DNA from: an uncultured Candidatus Saccharibacteria bacterium
GTDB taxonomy: Bacteria > Patescibacteriota > Minisyncoccia > Phycocordibacterales > UBA918
DNA length: 64,000 nt
Direction: 5' to 3'
NCBI GenBank assembly: GCA_964469295.1
Contig: CAYXYJ010000006.1
Span: 4,682-68,681, forward strand
The notes beneath the pieces were generated by a model, which worked only from the letters and a program-made list of their open reading frames with translations, was not told the origin of the DNA and did no database searches. Every line of letters starts with the position of its first letter. Position 1 is the stretch's first letter. This document shows positions 9,721 through 19,615 of this stretch, in pieces. Made by a program: the position numbers and the translations under genes.

Positions 9721-10002
9721 GCCGGGATATACCCCATCTGCTTTGTTGCTCGGCGAAAATTTTTGTTCGATGTACAGCTAGTACACCTCACAAAAAATTT
9801 TCTTGAGCACCTCGCATTTGGGGCATCCCCGACTTCCTTAGAGTAAGGAGTCTGAGATTAACCAATCTCAAAAATTAATAGTCTATATTCGCTACAGATA
9901 GCTCGTGGTGTCACACTAAAATGTGAATGACCATTATGCGAAGAATGAAAGAAGGCCTGGCCATACTCTCATTCTTAATTACTCACATTAAGAACTTATA
10001 CA

Positions 10003-10473
10003 ATGCGACGACCAATTAAAAAACGCCCAGTGGTAAAGCCAGATGTACAGTTTGGTTCAACCGAAGTGGAGCGACTAATTAACTACATCATGCTTCGTGG
10101 TCAAAAGGAAACCGCACGCAAGATTGTTTATGCGGCATTTGCTGAAATTAAGGAACGGAAAGATGGTGGTGACCCACTCGAAATCTACCAGACTGCTCTT
10201 CGTAATGCTGGTCCGCTGATGGAAGTACGATCACGACGTGTCGGTGGGGCGAACTACCAAGTCCCGCGCGAAGTGCGTCCAGAACGACGACTCGCGCTCG
10301 CACTCCGATGGATTATTGGAGCGGCGCGTGGTGCCAAGGGTATTCCTATGCACAAAGCGCTGGCCAATGAACTTATTCTCGCAGCTAAAGAAGAAGGAAC
10401 AGCTGTCAAAAAGCGTGATGATGTTCACAAAATGGCTGAGGCTAACCGCGCTTTTGCTCACTTCGCTTGGTAA
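10003..10473 (+). CDS. rpsG: 30S ribosomal protein S7
   Basis: 156 aa, MRRPIKKRPVVKPDVQFGS...GGANYQVPREVRPERR...AHFAW. Confidence 0.92.
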   Translation: MRRPIKKRPVVKPDVQFGSTEVERLINYIMLRGQKETARKIVYAAFAEIKERKDGGDPLEIYQTALRNAGPLMEVRSRRVGGANYQVPREVRPERRLALALRWIIGAARGAKGIPMHKALANELILAAKEEGTAVKKRDDVHKMAEANRAFAHFAW

Positions 10474-10500
10474 ACCACATTCTCGGGAGATAACTTTGTC

Positions 10501-10571
10501 GAAAGCCCTGAAAATTCTGTCACCGTACAATCAGTACGGCTCCAGAATTTTCAGGGCTTTCTTCGCGTTCT
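10501..10571 (+). other. large stem-loop (19-bp perfect stem) directly after rpsG
   Basis: gaaagccctgaaaattctg ... cagaattttcagggctttc with an inner hairpin ccgtac/gtacgg. Confidence 0.6.
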
Positions 10572-10623
10572 CTCTTCGAGAATCGGATTTATCCCCCATT
10601 GACTCAAAAAATGCAAGGCTTTC

Positions 10624-10644
10624 GCCTTGTTTTGCTTGGAAAAT
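10624..10644 (+). terminator. intrinsic terminator
   Basis: caaggc tttc gccttg + ttttg. Confidence 0.55.
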
Positions 10645-10665
10645 CTCTGTTACGAAAAACCGCCC

Positions 10666-10710
10666 GACTGGATATATATTCCAGTCGGGCGGTTTTCTTG
10701 TTCATTTTAT
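10666..10710. terminator. bidirectional terminator (17-bp perfect stem)
   Basis: aaaaccgcccgactgga tatatat tccagtcgggcggtttt. Confidence 0.7.
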
Positions 10711-10800
10711 GATGACAGTTTAAAAATAAAGAACGCCATCCCGAAAGAACCGAGACAGCGTTCTTCTGGGATGACGTTTTGCTGTTGGTGCTGTCACTGG

Positions 10801-11328
10801 TTAAGCGGCCAGTAATTCCTCCCCCTGATCAGGCGTCCAGACCCGATATACGTGTAGGGGTAGAACCAAGGCTTGGCGGGCGATAGCATCGCCCGGGTGC
10901 ACGTGATTCACAAACAGCGTCAGTGGCAAATGGGCAGTCGTCATAGCTTGGTGAATGGCGACCGGATCGGCCCCGTCGCGCCGACCCACTCGACCGCGTC
11001 CGATTTCGACAATCGAGAATTGACGGTCGTTTTGACCGTCTTCGGCATCCCGATACCAGAGGTAATCGAGACCAAAGCGGACAAACTTGTCGCTGTTGTT
11101 CCAACCACCCTGGCCAAGCTTGTGGCAGATGAGCATATGTAGTCGCCGACTAGCGTCGAAGTTGGAACTGAGGATTCCGCCGAGTGTCAGAGGGCTGGTC
11201 AGTTTCAGTTCGGCCGTGAACGGAAGTCCGATGTTGGTGACATCACGCAGCGACGTATTCATGCCGATGATGATGTCTCGTTGGTTGTGTGGTCCGGTAA
11301 TATCACCGGTGTCGTGCCCGATAATCAT
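10801..11328 (-). CDS. hypothetical protein (175 aa), GC-elevated; weak resemblance to Zn-peptidase (H-x-T-G..D) folds only
   Basis: clean ORF with higher GC than neighbours; no confident family assignment. Confidence 0.45.
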   Translation of the reverse strand: MIIGHDTGDITGPHNQRDIIIGMNTSLRDVTNIGLPFTAELKLTSPLTLGGILSSNFDASRRLHMLICHKLGQGGWNNSDKFVRFGLDYLWYRDAEDGQNDRQFSIVEIGRGRVGRRDGADPVAIHQAMTTAHLPLTLFVNHVHPGDAIARQALVLPLHVYRVWTPDQGEELLAA

Positions 11329-11520
11329 AATGCTCTCCCTTTTTGCGGTCCGTCACTATACTATTTTGAATCCATAAAAAGTCAATGCGTGTAATAAAAT
11401 TTCTCTAACCGATTTTATATTGCTTAACAACGGCACTTGCGAACTATATTAGAGTTAGTTTTCCTCATTTCGGTTCGCTGCCTTACAAGGCGGTTTAGGT
11501 ATATGAGGTATACTGGTAGT

Positions 11521-11976
11521 ATGGAAAAAAGTCCGAAAGGGGAAAAGGGGGTGGTGGGGAGCGAGCGAAGCGAGCGCCCGTTGTCGCTCGTGGAAACTCA
11601 GCGACAAGAGGCGTTTGCTTTTGTAATGAGTGAACTTGATCGTCGGTTTCCAATCGAGTTAAAACGAACATTCATTTCTCATGAGAAAGAGTATGCCTTG
11701 ACGAGTGCTGAGGACTGCATGGTGGCGTTTGCCCAACAACACCGCGAAGCGGTGGCGTCATTATACGAAGATATCATTACTCAAAACAATTATCGGGCCG
11801 AACAAGCCACCGTCAAACTACTACAGCTCTTTGAATCATATGAACGAATGGTGGCGTTGTATGCCGAATTACGCAGTTATTATCCCTTGGCCGCAGACGC
11901 TGTCGAGACGAAACTTCCGCCACTTGGTCAAGTAGCGAAACATGCAGAAAAAGTGTGGCAAACGATTACGGATTAA
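11521..11976 (+). CDS. hypothetical protein (~151 aa)
   Basis: ORF 11437-11976; most plausible start MEKSPKGEKG at 11521. Confidence 0.45.
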   Translation: MEKSPKGEKGVVGSERSERPLSLVETQRQEAFAFVMSELDRRFPIELKRTFISHEKEYALTSAEDCMVAFAQQHREAVASLYEDIITQNNYRAEQATVKLLQLFESYERMVALYAELRSYYPLAADAVETKLPPLGQVAKHAEKVWQTITD

Positions 11977-11991
11977 TACGTAGCATCATCT

Positions 11992-13050
11992 ATGACCATT
12001 GATTTTCAAAAAGAAATCGAGATTCATCTCGCACAAATCAAAGCTCTACAGAAACCGTCTGGTGTCTTTACTGCGGCTGCTCATACTGTTGCTACTGGAT
12101 ACGATAAAGCGTGGTTGCGTGATAATTTTTTTACGTCCTTAGGATTTCTAGAAACCGGAGATAGCAACACCGTGACTAAAGTAGCGAAGGCGTTATTGTC
12201 AGTGTTTGTAAAACATAAAGACAAAATTAATTGGGCAATTGAAAACAAACCACATGAAACCTGGCAATATATTCATGCCCGGTTCCATCCGGAAACATTC
12301 GAAGAATATTGGGAAGAATGGGGAAATAGTCAAAATGATGCGGTGTCTGAGGTGCTATATCTCGTCTGTGATTTAGAAATTCGTGGCGTGTCCGTGGCCG
12401 AAACCGCTGACGAACGAGAAATGACGCAAAAAATTATTGATTATTTGGTTCGTCTTGAATATTGGCATGATGCCGATAATGGAATATGGGAAGAAAATAT
12501 GGAAGTCCATGCGTCATCAATCGGCGCTGGCGTAGCTGCCTTAAAATTGGCGGCTATGGTTCCGTGGTTGTCTGTTCCCCCCGAAGCCATTGCCTATGGT
12601 GAAGCCGCTTTACGACATCTATTGCCACGAGAATCACATACTAAATTTGCCGACCTGGCACTGTTGTCGCTTATTTACCCGTTTGCGGTGACGACACCCG
12701 CTGAAACCGAAACGATTTTACGAAATGTTGTGTACCACTTGACGCGCGATCGCGGGGTGATTCGGTATAAACTTGATCGATATTACAATGCGAATGAAGA
12801 TGGTTATAGTGAAGAAGCGGAATGGTGTTTTGGTTTGTCGTGGCTAGCGATTATTTATGCGTTGCGTGGCGAAAAAGAGCGAGCCTGGTACTATTTACGA
12901 CAAGCAAAAAAAACGGTTACGACCCATAATCAAGTGCCCGAACTCTATTTTTCTAACAGTCCAGTGCCAAACGATAATACACCATTAGGATGGTCAGAAA
13001 GTATGTACGTTGTAGCGCTTGAAAAGGTGCGTCAACTTGGCGCTGAATAA
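11992..13050 (+). CDS. glycoside hydrolase family 15 (glucoamylase-like) domain protein
   Basis: 352 aa; AWLRDN, GIWEE, EEAEWCFGLSW, GWSESMY motifs resemble the GH15 (alpha/alpha)6 catalytic domain. Confidence 0.55.
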   Translation: MTIDFQKEIEIHLAQIKALQKPSGVFTAAAHTVATGYDKAWLRDNFFTSLGFLETGDSNTVTKVAKALLSVFVKHKDKINWAIENKPHETWQYIHARFHPETFEEYWEEWGNSQNDAVSEVLYLVCDLEIRGVSVAETADEREMTQKIIDYLVRLEYWHDADNGIWEENMEVHASSIGAGVAALKLAAMVPWLSVPPEAIAYGEAALRHLLPRESHTKFADLALLSLIYPFAVTTPAETETILRNVVYHLTRDRGVIRYKLDRYYNANEDGYSEEAEWCFGLSWLAIIYALRGEKERAWYYLRQAKKTVTTHNQVPELYFSNSPVPNDNTPLGWSESMYVVALEKVRQLGAE

Positions 13051-13091
13051 TGACCTAAAGCCTTTCACCACCCGACAGAAACGACGATTTT

Positions 13092-13742
13092 TTGCTATAC
13101 TACAATTGTATGAAAACGATACATATAATTGTAGTATTGGTGATTATGGTTGGTGTTGGTTTGGCGTTTGGTTATTTTGCCAATGAAGTGAAAGCCCCCG
13201 CTGAACCCGTCGCCGAACAACCAATCGATGAAGGTAACACCACATTTTGTGCCATGGACGCGATGCAGTGTCCGGACGGCAGTTTTGTGGGACGAACTGG
13301 TCCGCACTGTGAATTTGTGTGTCCGGTTACAGACGAAACGATGCCGGCTGATGTTGTGGCAGCGATTGAGGCTTTGGCTGATCGGATTGTAGTAACCTCA
13401 CCATCGCCACTAGCTACTGTCGATGGACCATTAGTGATTACCGGCCAAGCTCGGGGGAATTGGTTTTTCGAAGCCTCTTTCCCGGTGTCATTAGTAAATT
13501 GGGACGGTGTTGTCATTGCTAATGGAATTGCCACCGCTCTTGGGGATTGGATGACGGAAGATTTTGTGCCGTTTACTTCGACCTTAAATTTTGTATCACC
13601 ATACAACGTTGGTGACCCAGCCTATATGGCTAACGGAACTCTTATTTTGGAGCGCGATAACCCATCCGGGTTGCCAGAACATGATGCCTCACTGGAAATT
13701 CCGGTGAGATTTTCACCAACCGCATCTACCACCATAGAATAG
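13092..13742 (+). CDS. membrane-anchored extracellular protein with Cys-rich segment and Gmad2/GerM-like Ig domain (tentative)
   Basis: N-terminal TM helix; CAMDAMQCPDGSF...HCEFVCP; ITGQARGNWFFEASFPVSLVNWDG resembles Gmad2 Ig-like domains. Confidence 0.45.
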   Translation: MLYYNCMKTIHIIVVLVIMVGVGLAFGYFANEVKAPAEPVAEQPIDEGNTTFCAMDAMQCPDGSFVGRTGPHCEFVCPVTDETMPADVVAAIEALADRIVVTSPSPLATVDGPLVITGQARGNWFFEASFPVSLVNWDGVVIANGIATALGDWMTEDFVPFTSTLNFVSPYNVGDPAYMANGTLILERDNPSGLPEHDASLEIPVRFSPTASTTIE

Positions 13743-13891
13743 GTACGCGTATACTAGTACTATACCGTTAGAATATAAATTATTGCATTGTATGGCCAAA
13801 GGAGAATTTAGACACAAAAAAGAAGCCAAAAAACCAAAGAAAGACAAAGTTGATAAAAACAAATCTTCATTACTGTAGCTTTGCGTTTATA

Positions 13892-13925
13892 CCAAAACCA
13901 GCAATCAATTGATTGCTGGTTTTGG
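13892..13925. terminator. palindromic hairpin / terminator
   Basis: ccaaaaccagcaatc aatt gattgctggttttgg (15-bp perfect stem). Confidence 0.55.
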
Positions 13926-13937
13926 TATACTGCTCGT

Positions 13938-14396
13938 ATGCGTCGAATAGTATTGGTGGTGGTAGCTCTGATCATAATTGTGTTGCTGTTGACTGTTGGT
14001 TTTTTCACTGCCAGTTACTTTTTTAGTCAAGGATTAGTCATGGAAGCGACACCAGTACCAACAAGAACAGTGCATACTGATGAATCAATCGTAACCGGGC
14101 AGGGTAGCATTAATACCTTGCCTTCTATTACTGCTGGTGATTACGAATGCGCACTGACATTTTCAGATACTCGCTATGACACGGGCACGGCCTTTATTGC
14201 TAGTAATGCTATCAGAATCGATGCGCTCACAATTGATAATCAAGTAACCAGTCTTGCGAGTACAACCAAATCGATAACATTTTTAGGAGCTTCGTCGTCG
14301 GCAGGAGAAGTGGATACATTACCATATTTTTTACAAGAAGTTGTCCTATATATCTGTCATCCTTGGCAAGTTGATTGGTCAGTTTTTGATTTGTAA
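13938..14396 (+). CDS. membrane-anchored hypothetical protein (~152 aa)
   Basis: start at MRRIVLVVVALIIIVLLL (TM anchor) downstream of the hairpin; remainder of the 13881 ORF. Confidence 0.45.
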   Translation: MRRIVLVVVALIIIVLLLTVGFFTASYFFSQGLVMEATPVPTRTVHTDESIVTGQGSINTLPSITAGDYECALTFSDTRYDTGTAFIASNAIRIDALTIDNQVTSLASTTKSITFLGASSSAGEVDTLPYFLQEVVLYICHPWQVDWSVFDL

Positions 14397-14452
14397 GTGT
14401 TTATAATATTTACCATTTTCAAATGTATAGAAATAGTGTATGGTAAATCCCT

Positions 14453-15931
14453 ATGTCAAGAACTGATGGATTGATTGTGTTTAGTGATGTTTCCTTTGAG
14501 CACGATGCTACTAGGCCAATTTTGCGAGGGGCGAATTTTGTAGTGCGTCGGGGTGCCAAGATGACTCTGATGGGCCAAAATGGCGCTGGAAAAAGTACCA
14601 TTTTTGGTTTGATTTCCGGACAGCTACATGTTGATGGTGGAGATATTAATATTCAACCTCGCACAACCATTGGCATTGCCCGGCAAATTATTCCTCGTGA
14701 CGAGTTGCCATTGACGGTCAGAGAATTTTTTGAACGTTGTTTTTCTGAAAAAGTGTATGACCTCGATCCGCGAATTGATGAAGTGCTCGATATCGTCAAC
14801 CTTACCCCGACGGAAAAGATGAAAGATGAATTCAAGGATAGAATTATCGGCAGTTTTTCTGGTGGCCAGCAAGCGCGGCTCCTCCTCGCATCGGCATTAA
14901 TCCAAAATCCCGATGTGTTATTGCTGGATGAACCGACTAACAATTTGGATGTCGCCGGGATTGCTCATTTGACCGAGTTTTTAAAAGAGTATCGCAAGAC
15001 CGTCCTTGTTATTTCTCATGATGCGGAGTTTCTTAATTCGTTTACTGATGGTGTGTTGTATCTTAACGTGCAAAATCGTCAAGTCGAACAATACAACGGC
15101 AATTATCACGCGGTGTTAAAAGACATTGCGGCTCGGGTAGAAAAAGAGCAACGCCAAAATGCACAACTAGCCAAACAAATTCAAGCGGATAAAGATAAGG
15201 TTAATTTCTTTGCCAGTAAAGGAGGAAAGATGCGATTGGTTGCCAAACGTATGCGTGAAGATATCGAAGAAGCCGAAGAGAATAAAGTGGATGTTCGAAA
15301 GGAAGATCGCACTATTCGACCATTCACAATTGAAACACAAGCGGAAGTACCGCTTGAAGTGGTGCGGTTATCTTCATATAAAGTGATTAAAAATCACCAA
15401 CCAAAAGTTGTGTCATGTGATATTGTGCTCAAACGCGGAACGCATTTACAAATTATTGGGCCAAATGGTATTGGCAAAACAACTCTACTAGAGTCACTGG
15501 CTTCCGGTCGAGCCGAAGGAGAGCAGGTTACACCAGGTGTCAAAATCGGTTACTACCGTCAGGATTTTTCTAATCTTGAATTTGATAAAACGGTATTTGA
15601 AACCCTGATGGATTCCATGTCAAAAAAAATTGAAGAGGATATGCGTTCGATTGCTGCCGGTTTTTTGTTATTTAGTGATGTGATGAAAACCAAAGTTGGC
15701 AATTTGTCTGAAGGACAAAAGGGGCTGGTTGCATTTGCCAAATTAACGATGGAACGACCAGGATTATTAATTCTGGATGAACCAACCAATCATATTAATT
15801 TTCGGCATATTCCGGTGATTGCGACGGCTCTTGATGGATTTAAAGGGGCGATGATATTGGTGTCTCACGTACCAGAATTTGTGGAACAAATTCGGATTGA
15901 CGAAATACTGGATTTGGGGAAAGAGCGGTAA
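14453..15931 (+). CDS. ABC-F family ATPase (two tandem ABC domains, no TM domain; translation-associated EttA/ribosome-protection type)
   Basis: 492 aa; two Walker A (GQNGAGKST, GPNGIGKTT), two signatures (FSGGQQARLLLA, LSEGQKGLVAFA), two Walker B (LLLDEPTN, LILDEPTN). Confidence 0.85.
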   Translation: MSRTDGLIVFSDVSFEHDATRPILRGANFVVRRGAKMTLMGQNGAGKSTIFGLISGQLHVDGGDINIQPRTTIGIARQIIPRDELPLTVREFFERCFSEKVYDLDPRIDEVLDIVNLTPTEKMKDEFKDRIIGSFSGGQQARLLLASALIQNPDVLLLDEPTNNLDVAGIAHLTEFLKEYRKTVLVISHDAEFLNSFTDGVLYLNVQNRQVEQYNGNYHAVLKDIAARVEKEQRQNAQLAKQIQADKDKVNFFASKGGKMRLVAKRMREDIEEAEENKVDVRKEDRTIRPFTIETQAEVPLEVVRLSSYKVIKNHQPKVVSCDIVLKRGTHLQIIGPNGIGKTTLLESLASGRAEGEQVTPGVKIGYYRQDFSNLEFDKTVFETLMDSMSKKIEEDMRSIAAGFLLFSDVMKTKVGNLSEGQKGLVAFAKLTMERPGLLILDEPTNHINFRHIPVIATALDGFKGAMILVSHVPEFVEQIRIDEILDLGKER

Positions 15932-15996
15932 GGCACACACACGAACGCGGGCGTCTACACACATTGTGTGTGGACGCCCGCGTTCGTGTGTGTGCC
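15932..15996. terminator. giant hairpin (~31-bp near-perfect stem, att loop) with (CA)n/(TG)n arms, after the ABC-F gene
   Basis: ggcacacacacgaacgcgggcgtctacacaca att tgtgtgtggacgcccgcgttcgtgtgtgtgcc; one U-G position. Confidence 0.75.
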
Positions 15997-16035
15997 ACAC
16001 TTTGTTATACTAGACACGTTAAGTGGTAAGTCGTT

Positions 16036-17046
16036 ATGAAAAAAATTATTTTTGGTATTATTGGCGTTATTGGTATTGGGATTATTGCTGGCGGTGTCTA
16101 TTGGTTTTTTATGTACGAAGCGCCAAAACCGGAACGACCAAAACGTGATCCAAATTTATGGACAGTGCCCGAAGTAAAATATTCCATGCAAGGAAAAACG
16201 TTTATGGTTCCCAATGAGCCAACCGTCACTGTACCACTTACGTTAGTGGCGCCGAGCACCAAACACGATTACCCAATGGGTCGTTTTACCACCGCCAGTG
16301 GCACAGAAGCGATGCTGTATGTTATGGATGATTTTGTCACTGATGTAATAAACGGAAAACGTGCCGTACCGTTAGTTATAAAATCGGCCGATGGAACTGA
16401 ATCAGTGTATGTTGCCTTGTTACAGGATTTAGGTGGTGATGTAACCCACCTGTCTTCGATATATTTGGATAATCAAATAAAGGTGACAGCTGTTGCCGTC
16501 GATGGCCATACCGTTTCAATACAATATTATGTGCATGACCGCAATCAATCTCTAACGGAAAACCCAACGGTACTTACCACTGCCGTTATTGATGTTGATG
16601 CGGGGACCTTGGTACAAGCCGGACGCAAACCGCGTTCTGAAGAATTCATCGTTACCAAAGAATTTAAGGGTGTATATTATTGGAAAGAAACAGAACTTGA
16701 TGGTGTCAAAACCACACCGTCAAAACCAGAGACATTTTCTTTGACGTTTGATGGTAATCGTATTTCACTTGCCACTGACTGTAATTCAGGATCAGCTGAA
16801 TTCACTCCGCCCACTGGTAGTTCCACTGCGCTTGCCTTTGGGCCAATTGTGAGTACTAAAATGTTTTGTGAGAGTAGCGAGGAAGGTCTGTATTTTGAGG
16901 CAATACGCAACGTGCGATCCTTTGTTGAGTCTGATGATGCGCTCACGTTCACTTTGGAAAACGGTGGTGAGATGGTGTTTGAAAAAAAGAAACAAATTAT
17001 TCAATACGAAAATGATACTGCATCCAGCGCAGTGACGAGCGAATAA
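16036..17046 (+). CDS. membrane-anchored META/HslJ-domain protein
   Basis: 336 aa; N-terminal TM; C-terminal FSLTFDGNRISLATDCNSGSAEF...KMFCESSEEGLYFEAIRNV...LTFTLENGGEMVFEK fits the META (DUF306) domain pattern. Confidence 0.65.
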   Translation: MKKIIFGIIGVIGIGIIAGGVYWFFMYEAPKPERPKRDPNLWTVPEVKYSMQGKTFMVPNEPTVTVPLTLVAPSTKHDYPMGRFTTASGTEAMLYVMDDFVTDVINGKRAVPLVIKSADGTESVYVALLQDLGGDVTHLSSIYLDNQIKVTAVAVDGHTVSIQYYVHDRNQSLTENPTVLTTAVIDVDAGTLVQAGRKPRSEEFIVTKEFKGVYYWKETELDGVKTTPSKPETFSLTFDGNRISLATDCNSGSAEFTPPTGSSTALAFGPIVSTKMFCESSEEGLYFEAIRNVRSFVESDDALTFTLENGGEMVFEKKKQIIQYENDTASSAVTSE

Positions 17047-17064
17047 TAATAGTAGTATCAATCT

Positions 17065-17709
17065 ATGAAATTGCCATTCATTCGAAAGGAGGAAAAATTG
17101 GATACTGTAATCGTGAATGTTTCAGTAATCGCTTTCACAGTTAATGAAGCAACTGTGCAGGTGCTTGTTGACACGATTTCAGCAGACAATCAATCAGCGA
17201 TAGTAATACCAAACGATGTGATGCGGTTGACTGAAACAGCCGCCGACACGAGTAAAAGAATCGTAGCAGAACGGGGACTGCCAATAACTGGATACCAAGA
17301 ACAATTGCATACATTTACCGAACCAAACACTGTCCAAAATCAGCGGGCTATCACCGTTGCTTATATGAACTTGATTCAGCAACCGACAACGACCTCATAC
17401 AAACAGCAAACGACGACGTTTGTGCCGCTGCCAGCACTGAAAACAGTATCAACGGTACAAAGCACCATGATAACCATGGCATTACAACGTTTACGCAATA
17501 ATATTGATATATACATGATGCACATAATGCCGGCAGAATTTACGTTGACTGAGTTGCAGCAGTGTTATCAAATTATTCTGGGGTCAGCTCTTGATAAAAG
17601 AAATTTTCGCAAGAGAATTATCGCGACCAATATGCTTGAAGAAACTGGTGTCAACCGGTCAAATGTCAAACGAAGACCGGCTGGTTTATACCGGTATAAA
17701 AAGGTGTAA
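17065..17709 (+). CDS. NrtR-like regulator (degenerate Nudix domain + C-terminal winged-helix), tentative
   Basis: C-terminal FTLTELQQCYQIILGSALDKRNFRKRI matches the NrtR DNA-binding domain signature; N-terminal IVAERGLPITGYQE looks like a degenerate Nudix box. Confidence 0.45.
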   Translation: MKLPFIRKEEKLDTVIVNVSVIAFTVNEATVQVLVDTISADNQSAIVIPNDVMRLTETAADTSKRIVAERGLPITGYQEQLHTFTEPNTVQNQRAITVAYMNLIQQPTTTSYKQQTTTFVPLPALKTVSTVQSTMITMALQRLRNNIDIYMMHIMPAEFTLTELQQCYQIILGSALDKRNFRKRIIATNMLEETGVNRSNVKRRPAGLYRYKKV

Positions 17710-17727
17710 AACATCAAAGATAATGCG

Positions 17728-18078
17728 CTACAGCGCTGCTCCATTCACGGTTTCAGTGGTAATGGTCGTTTGATTAAAGTTATCGACACAATTCAAATTG
17801 ATGGCCGTCAGATAATTACCGTTACCGTCGTGACCGTGTGAATATGACTGTACGCCACAAGTTTTACAAAACAAATGGTCAATGTGTTTTTTGTTAAACT
17901 GGTATAGTTGCAAATTATTTTCACCTTGTAGCAAAGTAAATTGTGTATCTGGAATGAATGCCAATACAAACCCCTTACGTTTGCAATGACTACAATTGCA
18001 ACGATACGCTGTGGTAATGTCGCCGGTAAATGTGTATTGTATTGCTTGGCAATGGCAACTTCCATGGTATGTTTTCAT
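17728..18078 (-). CDS. GFA (glutathione-dependent formaldehyde-activating / CENP-V-like) family zinc protein
   Basis: 116 aa; HGSCHCQAIQY...CNCSHCKRKG...HLFCKTCG cysteine pattern of PF04828. Confidence 0.75.
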   Translation of the reverse strand: MKTYHGSCHCQAIQYTFTGDITTAYRCNCSHCKRKGFVLAFIPDTQFTLLQGENNLQLYQFNKKHIDHLFCKTCGVQSYSHGHDGNGNYLTAINLNCVDNFNQTTITTETVNGAAL

Positions 18079-18202
18079 ACTAGTAGTATACCAAATTTAG
18101 TAATACTGAAAGATTATCTGATAGTCATTCTTATTGATTCAGTTTTCAACTGATTGGGAGAAGCGTATACTGATACTATTACGGATATTTTGATCATCAA
18201 GT

Positions 18203-19528
18203 ATGTCATCAATCGAGTCAATTGTAGAACGTGTTAAAAATCGGTTTTCTTATCAGCCAACGTTTATACAAGCCGTCGAAGAAGTGTTGGGAACGTTGGC
18301 GTCGTATGTGCAGTCGATTGGTGTCGACGCGGCGATCTATCAACGTATTGAACGACTAGTACTCCCAGAACGCGTTATTTCATTTAAAGTTTTATGGACA
18401 GATAAAACGGGAACAATTCAGTCTAATATTGGATATCGGGTACAGTTCAATTCAGCGCTCGGTCCGTACAAAGGAGGATTGCGTTTTGATCCGTCAGTAA
18501 ATGAAGATGTACTTAAGTTTTTAGGGTTTGAGCAAACGTTCAAAAACGCACTAACGGGGTTGCCGCTCGGTGGGGGAAAGGGAGGGAGTGATTTTGATCC
18601 CAAGGGAAAAACTGAGAGCGAAATTAGAAATTTTTGTCGGGCGTTTATGGTTGAATTACAGCGACACATCGGTAGTGATATTGATGTGCCGGCGGGTGAT
18701 ATGGGTGTTGGCGGCCGCGAAATTGGCTATATGATGGGAATGTATAAAGAACTGGCGCGTACGAGTGAAGGAGTGTTGACGGGTAAAGATCCGGTCATTG
18801 GCGGTTCCTTAGGCCGCACGGCTGCTACCGGTCATGGGGTTGTCTATTTTGCCAAAGCGATGTTACGAGAACAGGGTAAAACTTTGTTAGGAATGCGAGC
18901 GGTGGTATCTGGTTCAGGAAATGTCGCCGAATTTACTGCTCGTAAATTAGTGGAAGAAGGAGCAATTGTACTCACGTTGTCTGATCGGACCGGATACATT
19001 TACAAGGAAGCCGGGCTAACACCATCAGATATTGATGCTATTGTGGCCCACAAGAATACCGGTGGGGCATTGGATACTTTTTCAGCACCCGATATTAGTT
19101 TTTCAGCCACATCGGTGTGGCTGTTGGTTCCCGCTGAAGCTTATTTCCCGTGTGCGACACAAAATGAAATTGATGCGACGGAAGCCGTAGCCATTGCTAC
19201 CACCGCGAAACTGGTAGTTGAAGGGGCGAATATGCCACTCACGAACGAAGCGATAACAGTTCTTCGTGGTGCCCATATTCTCCACGCACCGGGCAAGGCC
19301 AGTAACGCCGGCGGGGTGGCGGTGTCGGGACTGGAGATGGCACAAAATGCTGCCCACTATCCCTGGACGGCCGAGGAGGTGGAAGAAAAATTAGTGGCAA
19401 TTATGGAACGTATCCATGCGCTTTGTGTTGCCGAGGGGACCGAAACGTGGGGTATTGATTATGTCAAAGGCGCCAATATTGCCGGCGCGAAACGGGTGCT
19501 GGCCGCGATGGAGAAATTGGGGTGGTAA
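18203..19528 (+). CDS. gdhA: NAD(P)-dependent glutamate dehydrogenase
   Basis: 441 aa; GPYKGGLRF, LPLGGGKGGSDFDPKGK, dinucleotide-binding VVSGSGNVAEF. Confidence 0.9.
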   Translation: MSSIESIVERVKNRFSYQPTFIQAVEEVLGTLASYVQSIGVDAAIYQRIERLVLPERVISFKVLWTDKTGTIQSNIGYRVQFNSALGPYKGGLRFDPSVNEDVLKFLGFEQTFKNALTGLPLGGGKGGSDFDPKGKTESEIRNFCRAFMVELQRHIGSDIDVPAGDMGVGGREIGYMMGMYKELARTSEGVLTGKDPVIGGSLGRTAATGHGVVYFAKAMLREQGKTLLGMRAVVSGSGNVAEFTARKLVEEGAIVLTLSDRTGYIYKEAGLTPSDIDAIVAHKNTGGALDTFSAPDISFSATSVWLLVPAEAYFPCATQNEIDATEAVAIATTAKLVVEGANMPLTNEAITVLRGAHILHAPGKASNAGGVAVSGLEMAQNAAHYPWTAEEVEEKLVAIMERIHALCVAEGTETWGIDYVKGANIAGAKRVLAAMEKLGW

Positions 19529-19585
19529 AGAATCATGAGAAAAAGTTTGTACGATGTTATTAAAACACCCCTGACGGGGTGGTCG

Positions 19586-19615
19586 AGAGGGCCGGCTTTG
19601 CCGGCCCTCTTCTCA
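19586..19615. terminator. bidirectional terminator
   Basis: agagggccggc ttt gccggccctct. Confidence 0.6.

Noticed and set aside
13790-13876. 27-aa Lys-rich mini-ORF MAKGEFRHKKEAKKPKKDKVDKNKSSLL (r-protein-like?)
   Set aside because: It has no SD and no match to L33, L34, L36 or S21 sequences that I can recall, so it is probably chance.
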